Of a stretch of DNA of 64,000 nt, positions 39,984-49,478 are shown piece after piece. The translations under genes were made by a program, and so were the position numbers. This DNA comes from Halarcobacter sp. Lineage in GTDB: Bacteria > Campylobacterota > Campylobacteria > Campylobacterales > Arcobacteraceae. The stretch lies in NCBI GenBank assembly GCA_048571215.1, contig CP182352.1, positions 2,880,001 through 2,944,000 of the forward strand, read 5' to 3'. The stretch's first letter is position 1. The number at the start of each line of letters is the position of its first letter. The notes beneath the pieces are model-generated. The model saw nothing but the letters and a program-made list of their open reading frames with translations. It was not told the origin of the DNA and ran no database searches.

Positions 39984-40797
39984 TTTTAGCTCTTCTTACT
40001 ATATCACTCATTTGGATATACTCTTTTTCTAACTCTTCTAAAGGTGGGATATTATTGTCCCTTTCAATCATTACAGGGGCATCTATTTGTTTTAAAGTAT
40101 AATCTAAAAGTTTCCAAACACCAGAGCATATAGGCATACCATGGGAGTCTATTCTCATATTTGATTCCTCATCAAAATAGTGTCCAGCCATATGCATATA
40201 GGCTACTTTACTTTTATCAATCCCATCTATAAACTTTTTTGCTTTAAAGGTATGATTAACAGAGTTTACAAAAACATTGTTTACATCAAGGAGCATTTTA
40301 GCACCTGACTTTTCTAAAACCTCATTTATAAAATCTACCTCAGCCATTTCAGCATAAGGAATATAATAATATGTAGCATTTTCCAAAATAAGATTTCTTT
40401 GAATAATATCCTCAACCTCTTTTACCCTATCACTTACAATATTAACCATCTTTTTAGTCATGGGAATAGGAAGTAACTCATAGGATTGTTTCCCCTCAAG
40501 TGATGAAAAAGAAAGATGCTCAGAATAATACTCAATACCATATCTATCCAAAAAGGTTTTGATCTGTTTGACAAACTTTTTATTTAGTTTGTCAACAGAA
40601 CCAATGGATAAAGATAAACCATGGGCAACTGTAGGTCTTGAAAATACTGCCCCTTCAAAAGCTTTTTCATAGATTTTTGGCATAAACATCCAGTTTTCAG
40701 GAGTTACCTCCCACCAATCTGGTTGAAAATCACTTGAATTGATATCAAGTAAAAAATCACTTCTAAGACCTAAGCCACACCCTTTTAAATTTATCAT
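39976..40797 (-). CDS. MNIO (DUF692) multinuclear non-heme iron RiPP maturase, HvfB/BufB-like
   Basis: GLGLR, EVTPENW, HGLSLSIG, SEHLS, LEN, LLDVNN, HMAGH, IDSH and IERD. Confidence 0.92.
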   Translation of the reverse strand: MINLKGCGLGLRSDFLLDINSSDFQPDWWEVTPENWMFMPKIYEKAFEGAVFSRPTVAHGLSLSIGSVDKLNKKFVKQIKTFLDRYGIEYYSEHLSFSSLEGKQSYELLPIPMTKKMVNIVSDRVKEVEDIIQRNLILENATYYYIPYAEMAEVDFINEVLEKSGAKMLLDVNNVFVNSVNHTFKAKKFIDGIDKSKVAYMHMAGHYFDEESNMRIDSHGMPICSGVWKLLDYTLKQIDAPVMIERDNNIPPLEELEKEYIQMSDIVRRAKNG

Positions 40798-40811
40798 CTA
40801 TTAACCTTTAA

Positions 40812-41096
40812 TCAACCACATTTACCAGCGCCACAAGAACCTTCAACTTTTTTGCTAGCTTTTTTCTCCATCATCTCATCTTTTTTTTCATGACCTTTTT
40901 TGTAATTCATATTTTTCTCTTTAGCCACATTTGCACCACATTTAGAAGAGCCACATGAAGCTTTTTTCTGCATTTTTTTAGTTTCTCCACCACATTTAGA
41001 AGAACCACAAGAACCACTTCCTGCATAAGCTCCAGTACTTGATAAAGCTGCACCTAAAAGAACACCTGCCAATTTAATTTTTGTATTTTTTTTCAT
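40812..41096 (-). CDS. HvfA-like Cys-repeat exported RiPP precursor
   Basis: Signal peptide ending AYA; three SCG(S/A)(S/G)KCG units; directly upstream of the DUF692 gene. Confidence 0.85.
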   Translation of the reverse strand: MKKNTKIKLAGVLLGAALSSTGAYAGSGSCGSSKCGGETKKMQKKASCGSSKCGANVAKEKNMNYKKGHEKKDEMMEKKASKKVEGSCGAGKCG

Positions 41097-41121
41097 TTTT
41101 TTTACCTTTTAATCTATATAT

Positions 41122-41703
41122 TTATTTTTCTACTGCTGAGATATCCACGATTATTTTAACCTCTTCTCCCACTGCAATACCACCAAACTCTAAGGCTTTA
41201 TTCCATTTAAGTCCAAAATCTGTTCTGTTGATTTTACCCTCTAAAGTAAATCCAACCCTATTATTTCCTTTTAAATCTTTCACTGTTCCAATATCTTTCA
41301 CCTCTAATTCAATTGGTTTAGTAACTCCTCTTATTGTGATATCTCCTAACATTTTACCTTCACTAGGACTCTCTTGTTTGTAAGTTTTCATTTCAAATTT
41401 GATTTGTGGATACTTTTCAGCATAAAAGAAATCTGCACTTCTTAAGTGATTATCTCTTTTTTCTATTCCAGTATTTACTGAGTTAGCTTCAATAATTCCA
41501 ACTAACTTATTAAACTTTTTGGTTTTATAGTCAAAGTCTATTTCACCATCAAATTTTTTAAATTCACCCTTAACATTTGTAATCATAAGGTGTTTAACTG
41601 AAAATCCCACCTCACTATGTACAGTGTCCACAACATGCGGTGTTGCATTTGCAAAGGTAAGAGATAATAATCCCACACATATTATTTTTAGTATTGACTT
41701 CAT
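41122..41703 (-). CDS. YceI-family lipid/polyisoprenoid-binding protein
   Basis: HSEVGFSVKHLM, RDNHLRSADFF and INRTDFGL. Confidence 0.93.
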   Translation of the reverse strand: MKSILKIICVGLLSLTFANATPHVVDTVHSEVGFSVKHLMITNVKGEFKKFDGEIDFDYKTKKFNKLVGIIEANSVNTGIEKRDNHLRSADFFYAEKYPQIKFEMKTYKQESPSEGKMLGDITIRGVTKPIELEVKDIGTVKDLKGNNRVGFTLEGKINRTDFGLKWNKALEFGGIAVGEEVKIIVDISAVEK

Positions 41704-41758
41704 TTAATCCTCCTTTTGATATTAACGAATTTGATATTAATGAATTTTATTGAACTTT

Positions 41759-41776
41759 TGTGTAGTCAGTGTGTAG
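41759..41776. promoter_or_regulatory. Candidate OmpR-type binding site
   Basis: tgtgtag-tcag-tgtgtag direct repeat with 11-bp period between the divergent yceI operon and the regulator. Confidence 0.5.
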
Positions 41777-41809
41777 ATATATTTTTTTATTATATGCTAT
41801 ACTATTTTT

Positions 41810-42469
41810 ATGAAAATACTATTATTAGAAGATGATTTAATATTAAATGAGATTATTGAAGAGTTTTTACAATCTCTTGATTATGATGTGTCTATTGCCT
41901 ATGATGGCAATAAAGCTTGTGAACTTGTGTATGAACAACACTTTGATTTACTCTTATTAGATGTAAATGTTCCCAACCTAAATGGTTTTGAATTTTTAAA
42001 AAATCTTAGAAAAGAGCATATTACAACTCCTGCTATTTTTTTAACCTCTTTAGATAGTATTGAAGATTTAGAAGAGGGGTTTAGTAGTGGTTGTGATGAT
42101 TATTTGAAAAAACCTTTTGAACTAAAAGAGTTAGAGCTTAGAATAAACAATATAAAAAGACTTCTACATTTAGAAGATGATGAACTTATAATTGATGATA
42201 ATATCAAATTTAATTCTAAACTTAACTATATAATCTACGATTCTTTAAAAACAAAACTTCCCTTAAAAGAAGCCCAGATTTTAAAATATCTACTTCAAAA
42301 TAAAAATAGATGTATCTCCCAAGATGAGTTATCATCTAATATTTGGTCATATGAAAGTGTCCCAACTTCATCAACTATTAGAACTTATATTAAAAATATT
42401 AGAAGAATAATAGGGGATGAGTATATAGAAACCATTAAAGGAGTTGGTTATAGATTTAACAAGAAGTGA
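41810..42469 (+). CDS. OmpR-family response regulator
   Basis: LLEDD, LDVNVP, KPF and IETIKGVGY. Confidence 0.93.
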   Translation: MKILLLEDDLILNEIIEEFLQSLDYDVSIAYDGNKACELVYEQHFDLLLLDVNVPNLNGFEFLKNLRKEHITTPAIFLTSLDSIEDLEEGFSSGCDDYLKKPFELKELELRINNIKRLLHLEDDELIIDDNIKFNSKLNYIIYDSLKTKLPLKEAQILKYLLQNKNRCISQDELSSNIWSYESVPTSSTIRTYIKNIRRIIGDEYIETIKGVGYRFNKK

Positions 42470-43607
42470 GAAGGTAACTTTTCTTAGATTTTTGGCCCTT
42501 TACTTAGGATCATCATTTATTTTATTGCTAATTATATTTTATCTTTTTTTTAAAATAGAATCTAAATTACATTATGATTTAGTTACCTCGAATATGCAAA
42601 ATGTAGCTTCAAAGATATCTGCAAGTATTATCTATGCTCATCTTTCTGGTCAAACTATTGATACTACAAATATTGCAAAAACCATTGAGTATGATTATGG
42701 ACTTTATGATATAAACCATGTAAAACTAGCAGGAACTATAAACCATAGCTTTACTTTAAGCCAAAGAATCCAAAAAGTAAAAGATAGTTATATACTAGTT
42801 GATAGCTCCCCTAGAGGTCATTTAGGTGTTTATTATATTGCAATAAAAGAAAATATCTTAAGTGCTAAAATCGATAAGTTAATTGAAAACCTTATTTTTT
42901 ATTTTATAATTATATATTCAATTATCACTTTAGTTGGTTACTACTTAGCAAACCTATTTATAAATCCAATCATAAGCGAAAGAAAAAAACTAAACAACTT
43001 TATAAAAGATACAACCCATGAGTTAAATACTCCAATTAGTGCTATTTTGATGAGTACAGGGAAAAACGCACCACTAACAGAAAAAAATATGCAACGTATA
43101 AACTTAAGTGCAAAAAGGGTATCTGAAATATATAAAGATTTAGTTTATATCTTTTTACAAGATACAAAAAAACAACCCCTCATAAATAACAGCTCTTTAG
43201 ATGATATTATAAAAGAACAATTAGAATATTTTGATGCCTTTGCAAATAAAAAAAAGTTAAAAATCACTTGCCAACTTGAGACCACTTCTTTTCCAATAGA
43301 AAAAGAGAATTTTATTAGATTGTTTAATAACCTCTTTTCAAATGCAATCAAATATAACAAGATAGAAGGGGAAATTGATATTATTTTAAAAGATTCTAGA
43401 TTAACTATAAGGGATACTGGTATTGGAATAAAAAAAGAGTATCTAAATGATATCTTTAATAGATATTTTAGAGGAACAAAAGAGCAAGGTGGCTTTGGTT
43501 TGGGACTTAATATTGTCTACCATATTTGTAAAACCTATGGAATAAAAATAGAGGTGAAATCAGAAGAGAATAAAGGGAGTACTTTTATTTTGGATTTTAA
43601 AAGATAG
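42444..43607 (+). CDS. Membrane sensor histidine kinase
   Basis: Two TMs, HELNTP, NAIKY, DTGIGI and GFGLGL. Confidence 0.93.
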   Translation: MVIDLTRSEKVTFLRFLALYLGSSFILLLIIFYLFFKIESKLHYDLVTSNMQNVASKISASIIYAHLSGQTIDTTNIAKTIEYDYGLYDINHVKLAGTINHSFTLSQRIQKVKDSYILVDSSPRGHLGVYYIAIKENILSAKIDKLIENLIFYFIIIYSIITLVGYYLANLFINPIISERKKLNNFIKDTTHELNTPISAILMSTGKNAPLTEKNMQRINLSAKRVSEIYKDLVYIFLQDTKKQPLINNSSLDDIIKEQLEYFDAFANKKKLKITCQLETTSFPIEKENFIRLFNNLFSNAIKYNKIEGEIDIILKDSRLTIRDTGIGIKKEYLNDIFNRYFRGTKEQGGFGLGLNIVYHICKTYGIKIEVKSEENKGSTFILDFKR

Positions 43608-43618
43608 AAGAGAATCTT

Positions 43619-44851
43619 CTATCTTATTTGACCATTTCCATACACTTTATATTTAAAAGTAGTTAAGTCATTTATACCCATAGGACCCCTTGAGTGAAGT
43701 TTATTTGTTGAGATACCAACCTCAGCACCAAGCCCAAAAGCTCCACCATCTGTAAACCTTGTACTTGCATTTGCATAAACACAAGCTGCATCAACCTCAT
43801 TTAAAAATTTATTTACAGCTGAGTAGTTTTCACTAATAATTGCTTCAGAATGACCTGAACCATATTTACCTATATGAAAAATTGCTTCATTTATATTATC
43901 TACTACTTTTATATTTAAAGTATTTGCTAGATATTCTGTATCGTAGTCCTCATGACTTGCACACTGAATATCAATAATTTTTCTTGATTCGTTACACCCT
44001 TTTAGCTCTGTTCCATATCCAACAAAAGCTTCATGTAATGGTGGTAAAAGATATGTTGCCACATCTTTATGCAATAATAAAGTCTCCATTGCATTACATA
44101 CACCTGGTCTTTGTACTTTTGCATTTATTGCAATCTTTATTGCTTTGTCTGGATTTGCATCTTTATCAATATATATATGGCATAAACCCTTATCATGTTT
44201 TACTACAGGAATAGTTGAGTTTTCACTTACATACCTAATTAAAGCTTCTCCACCTCTTGGAACAATCAAATCCACATATTTATCTTGTTTAATTAGATTT
44301 GCTACACCCTCTCTGCTTGAATCAGGAAGTAAAGATATAGCTTGTTCAGGAAGTTTATTTTTTGCTAATACATGTCTTAAAACGTTTGCAATAGCTTTAT
44401 TTGAATGTTCAGCTTCTTTTCCACCTTTTAGTACACAAACATTTCCACTTTTAAAACATAAAGCTGCTGTATCACTTGTAACATTTGGTCTACTCTCATA
44501 TATAATACCAATAACACCAATAGGTATAGATACTTTTTGAATATTTAAACCATTTTCAGTTACCCAACCATCGAGTGTTCTACCAACTGGTTCTTTCAAT
44601 GATGCAATTTCTCTAATTGCATTTGCCATATCAACAATCCGATCACCGGTTAATAATAATCTATCTAATAAGGCTTCATCTAGATTACCTAGTCTTCCAA
44701 CACTCATATCTTTTTCATTATTGCTTACAATAAAATCACAATGTTCTATAAGTGCATCAGCCATCTCATTTAAGACTCTGTTTTTAACTTCTCCACTTAA
44801 AGTTGCAATCTCTTTACTAATTTTTTTTGACTCTTCTAAAAACTGTTGCAT
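43619..44851 (-). CDS. proA: Gamma-glutamyl phosphate reductase
   Basis: IYESRPNVT, PRGGEAL, CNAMET, NASTRFTDG and LHSRGP. Confidence 0.97.
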   Translation of the reverse strand: MQQFLEESKKISKEIATLSGEVKNRVLNEMADALIEHCDFIVSNNEKDMSVGRLGNLDEALLDRLLLTGDRIVDMANAIREIASLKEPVGRTLDGWVTENGLNIQKVSIPIGVIGIIYESRPNVTSDTAALCFKSGNVCVLKGGKEAEHSNKAIANVLRHVLAKNKLPEQAISLLPDSSREGVANLIKQDKYVDLIVPRGGEALIRYVSENSTIPVVKHDKGLCHIYIDKDANPDKAIKIAINAKVQRPGVCNAMETLLLHKDVATYLLPPLHEAFVGYGTELKGCNESRKIIDIQCASHEDYDTEYLANTLNIKVVDNINEAIFHIGKYGSGHSEAIISENYSAVNKFLNEVDAACVYANASTRFTDGGAFGLGAEVGISTNKLHSRGPMGINDLTTFKYKVYGNGQIR

Positions 44852-44941
44852 TGATTATCCTATCAAAATTCAATATTGGGTAATTTTATCTAAAAAAATC
44901 TTTTTTTAACAAGATAGGAGGGTATATGTGTAGATTATTTT

Positions 44942-44965
44942 TAGTAGTAGAGAGTTCTACTACTA
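44942..44965. terminator. Hairpin downstream of trxA
   Basis: tagtagtaga-gagt-tctactacta perfect 10-bp inverted repeat. Confidence 0.5.
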
Positions 44966-44969
44966 TTTT

Positions 44970-45287
44970 TTATGCTAATGAATTTAATTTATCAGCTAGT
45001 GCTTGTTTTGATTGAGCACCAATAACTTGATCTACAACTTCTCCATCTTTCATAAATAAAATTGTTGGAACTGATCTAACACCATATTTTACTGCTAAAT
45101 CTTGTTGTTCATCTGTGTTTACTTTACAAATATTTGCTTTACCATCAAAATCTCCTGCTAACTCGTCGATAACGGGAGCAATCATTCTACAAGGTCCACA
45201 CCAAGGAGCCCAAAAGTCAACTAAAGATAATCCATTATTTACTGTTTCATCAAAATTTTCTGCTGTTAATTCTATATATTTTCCCAT
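44970..45287 (-). CDS. trxA: Thioredoxin
   Basis: DFWAPWCGPC. Confidence 0.97.
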   Translation of the reverse strand: MGKYIELTAENFDETVNNGLSLVDFWAPWCGPCRMIAPVIDELAGDFDGKANICKVNTDEQQDLAVKYGVRSVPTILFMKDGEVVDQVIGAQSKQALADKLNSLA

Positions 45288-45428
45288 ATTATTTTCCTTT
45301 TAAATTTTAAGTGGTTGAATAATAGCCTAATAGGATATTTTTGTCAAGTATGTACCAAAAAGTTATATAGGAACTTTAAGGTAACTATAAAACTCTCTGA
45401 TGTACTATAAAAATAGAAAAGGATTATT

Positions 45429-45785
45429 ATGGAAGTTAAATCTTATGGCTGTTTTTTTCAACTAGCAACTGATATTATTGGTGGTAAATGGAAAGGGATG
45501 GTTCTTTGGGCACTAAAAAAAGGTGTTAAAAGAAATGGTGAATTAAGAAAAATTATTCCTAAAATTAGTCAGAAAATGTTAACTCAACAACTTCGTGAAC
45601 TAGAAGATGCAGGAATTGTGCAAAGAATAGTGTATCAAGAGATTCCTCCAAAGGTTGAGTATAAACTCACCTCTTTTGGAGAAAAATTGATCCCTATACT
45701 GCAAGAGTTGCATGACTGGGGTAAAGAGTATGCACTAAACTACAATATAGAGATTGTAAAAGATGCAAACTGTGAGATAGATTAG
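45429..45785 (+). CDS. HxlR/DUF24 (MarR-like) transcriptional regulator
   Basis: N-terminal Cys, IGGKWK, ISQKMLTQQLRELE and PPKVEYKLT. Confidence 0.92.
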   Translation: MEVKSYGCFFQLATDIIGGKWKGMVLWALKKGVKRNGELRKIIPKISQKMLTQQLRELEDAGIVQRIVYQEIPPKVEYKLTSFGEKLIPILQELHDWGKEYALNYNIEIVKDANCEID

Positions 45786-46756
45786 ATTTTAACTAAATAT
45801 CTCCCTGATGCTTTACCTTCTAATAAGTTGGTATAAGCATCTTTTATCTCTTCCATTGATATCTCATTTGTCAATGTCTCTAAAGTATCAATTTTAAAAT
45901 CGCTTGCTATTTTTTCCCATGCTGCTATTTTTTTCTCAATTTTTGCTTCAACTGAGTCAATTCCAATAAGTCTTACACCTCTTAAAATAAATGGAAATAC
46001 ATTTGTAGGTAGTTCAAAAGATGAAGTTAAACCACAACAAGTTGCAACACCATCATATTTTACTATTTTTAATGCTTCTGCTAAAATATTTCCACCAACT
46101 GTGTCAATAACACCATCATACTTTTCACTACCCATTGGTCTTTTATTTTCAACATCAAAATCTTTTCGTAAAATAACCTCTTTTGCACCAAGCTCTTTTA
46201 AGAATGGAATTTTATTTTCTTTTCCAGATATTGCAGTAACATTAAATCCAAGTTTACTTAAAATAGATACAGCAATACTTCCAACTCCACCAGTAGCACC
46301 AGTTACCAATACATCTCCACTTGTTATACCATTGTTTAATAACTCATTTACACTTAATGCAGCCGTTAATCCAGCTGTTCCATAAGTCATAATCTCTTTA
46401 TCACTAATACCATCTGGAAGTTTAACTACCCATGATGCAGGTACTTTTACATATTCACTATGACCACCATTTGTGTTCATCCCAAAATCATAACCAGTTA
46501 CTAATACTTTTTCCCCTTTTGAAAAACTATCAGAATTACTCTCTTCAACGATTCCAGCTACATCAATTCCTGTTACATGAGGAAATACTTTTGTAACTCC
46601 TGGATTTCCAACTGAACTTAAAGCATCTTTGAAGTTAAGCGATGAATATGTTGCTTTTATTAAAACTTCATTTTCTTCTATTGTTGGGATATCAATCTCT
46701 TTTAAACCTGATTCAAATTTTTTATCTTCTATTTTTTCTACTATATATGCTTTCAT
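45782..46756 (-). CDS. YhdH/AcuI-family NADPH quinone oxidoreductase / acrylyl-CoA reductase
   Basis: YSSLNFKDAL, GTAGLTA, TGATGGVGS and PFILRGV...GIDSV. Confidence 0.9.
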   Translation of the reverse strand: MKAYIVEKIEDKKFESGLKEIDIPTIEENEVLIKATYSSLNFKDALSSVGNPGVTKVFPHVTGIDVAGIVEESNSDSFSKGEKVLVTGYDFGMNTNGGHSEYVKVPASWVVKLPDGISDKEIMTYGTAGLTAALSVNELLNNGITSGDVLVTGATGGVGSIAVSILSKLGFNVTAISGKENKIPFLKELGAKEVILRKDFDVENKRPMGSEKYDGVIDTVGGNILAEALKIVKYDGVATCCGLTSSFELPTNVFPFILRGVRLIGIDSVEAKIEKKIAAWEKIASDFKIDTLETLTNEISMEEIKDAYTNLLEGKASGRYLVKI

Positions 46757-46809
46757 TTTAATCCTTTTATTTACTTTATTGAAACTTTAGCTGAAATTAT
46801 ACAAAAATG

Positions 46810-46850
46810 CAAGAACTTACAAAAAAGAAATGTACTATCTAAAAAGATAC
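46810..46850 (+). repeat. 41-bp direct repeat copy 1, candidate HxlR operator
   Basis: 35/41 identical to 47292-47332. Confidence 0.7.
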
Positions 46851-46852
46851 CA

Positions 46853-47235
46853 CTACCATTTTGTATGTGTTAATTCACATTGAATCATCTCACCTCTTTT
46901 AGCAGGTGTTTGAGGATTTTTTGCTGATTCACACAATAATGTTGTTCCATAATCGTTTCTTTTATCATTTGCATTACTTCTTGCCCAAACCGATACTATA
47001 GCTCGCTCTTCTGGTTTTGCTTCACACTTTCCATCAACTTCAAAAGCATGGATTGTATTTTGGTGAAAATACATAAGTGGATCTTTTTTGTAACTACTAT
47101 CTAGCCACATATCATGCTCATGTGCTTGTCCTGAATCAAATTGAACTTTTCTCATTTTGTCAGTTACTTCTACAGTTTTTAATAAAGGTGAGTCTTCTCT
47201 TATAGCAAAGCTTTTAAAACCTTTACATATCTCAT
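46853..47235 (-). CDS. Hypothetical protein, probably split by a -1 frameshift near its 5' end
   Basis: 100-aa ORF 46853-47155 has no SD; the strong SD AAGGAG precedes ATG 47235, which is one base out of frame. Confidence 0.55.
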
Positions 47236-47291
47236 ATTCACTCCTTTTAAAGTTAACATTTGGAAAGTTTAGTTAAAATGTTTCAAAAGGT

Positions 47292-47332
47292 CAAGAACTT
47301 ACTAAAAGTAAATGTACTTGCTAAAATGATAC
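47292..47332 (+). repeat. 41-bp direct repeat copy 2, candidate HxlR operator
   Basis: Contains the near-palindrome ACTTAC-TAAAA-GTAAAT; lies immediately before the HxlR gene. Confidence 0.7.
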
Positions 47333-47333
47333 T

Positions 47334-47693
47334 ATGGAGTGTACAATGACTAAAAGAATCGAAAAAGATTTTCAAGAAAATATTGAAAAATGTCCTGTAG
47401 AAACAGCACTTGATGCCTTAGCTGGTAAATGGAAAATACTAATTTTGTGGTATTTAAGAGCTGAGACAAAAAGATTTAGTGAATTACAAAAACTTCTTCC
47501 AAGAACAACACAAAAGATGTTAATACAAAAGTTAAGAGAGTTAGAAGATGATGGAATAGTTCATCGTGAAGTTTATCCAGTGGTTCCACCTAAGGTTGAA
47601 TATTCCCTAACAGAATATGGAAAAACACTAAAACCTATATTAAAACAGATGTATTTATGGGGTGAGATTCATAAAGATAAGTTTGATAAATAA
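47334..47693 (+). CDS. HxlR/DUF24 transcriptional regulator
   Basis: CPVETAL...[16 protein letters not shown] and [10 protein letters not shown]. Confidence 0.92.
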   Translation: MECTMTKRIEKDFQENIEKCPVETALDALAGKWKILILWYLRAETKRFSELQKLLPRTTQKMLIQKLRELEDDGIVHREVYPVVPPKVEYSLTEYGKTLKPILKQMYLWGEIHKDKFDK

Positions 47694-48386
47694 TCAAAGC
47701 TCTTTTTGTTTTAAAAAGAAATATACAATGGCACTAAGTCCTGCACTTGATAAAACCATAGTCATAATCATGATTTGATACCTAACAGCTATTAGTGGAT
47801 CAACACCTGATAGTATTTGTCCTGTCATCATACCAGGCAGAGAAACTAAACCAACAGCTAAAAGGGCATTTACTTGAGGTATAAGACAAGCTTTAAAAGC
47901 CATTTTTCTTGACTCTACAAAATTTTCAGTTCGATTATACTCTTTTTCATATCTCTCAATTGCCAAAGATAAAGCAGTCATAGTATTTGCAAATATCATC
48001 CCAGCTATTGGGATTACAAATCTTGGTTCATATAGTTCTTCTAATGGCAAGACAAAACCTACAATTATAATTAGATTAATCCCACCAGAAACTGTAATTG
48101 AAAAGAATATTTGAAAGTAATGTGACAAAGTTTTATTTATAGTATTTCTTAAACTTATCCAAGAAGAAACACTTATCATAAAGATTAAAATTCCTATTCC
48201 AACAAAGATATTTTTCTCTTCAAATATATAAAGAAGTAAATAACCTATTAAAACTAATTGTAGAACCATTCTAAAAGTTGAGATTAGAACCTCATACTTG
48301 TCATCTGTCCACTTTTTATAAAAATACCAAACTAAAATTAATGGAATAAAGGTGATTAATAAGTTTATAAAAGGTATTGTTTTCAT
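47694..48386 (-). CDS. UPF0014/FetB-like ABC transporter permease
   Basis: RMVLQLVLIG, IPIAGMIFAN and GLVSLPGMMTGQILSG. Confidence 0.9.
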   Translation of the reverse strand: MKTIPFINLLITFIPLILVWYFYKKWTDDKYEVLISTFRMVLQLVLIGYLLLYIFEEKNIFVGIGILIFMISVSSWISLRNTINKTLSHYFQIFFSITVSGGINLIIIVGFVLPLEELYEPRFVIPIAGMIFANTMTALSLAIERYEKEYNRTENFVESRKMAFKACLIPQVNALLAVGLVSLPGMMTGQILSGVDPLIAVRYQIMIMTMVLSSAGLSAIVYFFLKQKEL

Positions 48387-49276
48387 TAATTTTTTAATAA
48401 ATCTTTTAAACTATCTTGTGGATTTTTCCCATCAAGTACAAGTTTAACCTCTTTTGCAATAGGAGTATAAATATTTTGCTCTGTTGACAACTTATATATA
48501 GCTTCAGCAGTTTTAACCCCCTCTGCTACTTCTCCCAACTCTATTAAAATATCTTCTAAAGTTTTATTTTGTGCTAACCATAAACCAACTCTATAGTTTC
48601 TACTTAAAGTTGAACTTGCAGTCAAAAAAAGATCCCCTGCTCCACTAAGCCCCACAAAAGATGATTTCTTTGCTCCAAAATGTTTACCAAATCTTTGCAT
48701 CTCAACTAATCCTCTTGAGATTAAAGATGCCCTTGCATTATTTCCTAAGTTCAAACCATCACAAATTCCACTTGCGATTGCAAGTACATTTTTATATGCT
48801 CCTGCAACTTCTGCTCCAATTACATCTTTTGAGTAGTAGGTTTTTAAAAAATCTGGGAAAAATGGTGCAAACTCATTATAAAGTTTTTTTGATTTTGAGT
48901 TTATTACTATCGCTGCAGGTAAGGCTTTCATAACCTCTGTTGCAAAAGAAGGTCCTGATATAAAACCTATATTTTTATTTGGAACATATTCTCCATATAT
49001 CTCATTTAAAAACTCCCCTGTTGTTGCTTCTATCCCTTTTGCTGCCACTAAAATCTTTTGGTTTTTAAATTTAAAATTGTTTTTTAGCCAATCTCTTACC
49101 TCTTGAGCTGGAATAGCTATTATTAAATATTCACAATTTAAAGCGGTATCTAAATCTGTAAAGTTTTTTATATCTCTAATTGTTCTAGAAGTTATTAAGA
49201 CCTCTTGCTTTTGTGATAAAGCAAAATGTAATGCTTGCCCCCATTTCCCTGCACCAATTACTGCAATTTTAGCCAT
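48386..49276 (-). CDS. gpsA: NAD(P)H-dependent glycerol-3-phosphate dehydrogenase
   Basis: GAGKWG, KGIE, SGPSFA, KNVLAI, GDLFLT and SRN; start placed at ATG 49276. Confidence 0.95.
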   Translation of the reverse strand: MAKIAVIGAGKWGQALHFALSQKQEVLITSRTIRDIKNFTDLDTALNCEYLIIAIPAQEVRDWLKNNFKFKNQKILVAAKGIEATTGEFLNEIYGEYVPNKNIGFISGPSFATEVMKALPAAIVINSKSKKLYNEFAPFFPDFLKTYYSKDVIGAEVAGAYKNVLAIASGICDGLNLGNNARASLISRGLVEMQRFGKHFGAKKSSFVGLSGAGDLFLTASSTLSRNYRVGLWLAQNKTLEDILIELGEVAEGVKTAEAIYKLSTEQNIYTPIAKEVKLVLDGKNPQDSLKDLLKN

Positions 49277-49478
49277 AAACAACCTTTTCATTATCTAATT
49301 ATTAAATGATATTATCAAAAAAATCCTTTCTTGATAATATATTTCATGCCATTATTATAAATATTTTATCTATATTTTTCTTTATTTAAGTGCTTTTTTA
49401 AGTTGTGTATGCAACTATTACACTCTTATTTATCTTTCTAGCAAGAAATATATTACACTTTATAAAATTGGATACAAA

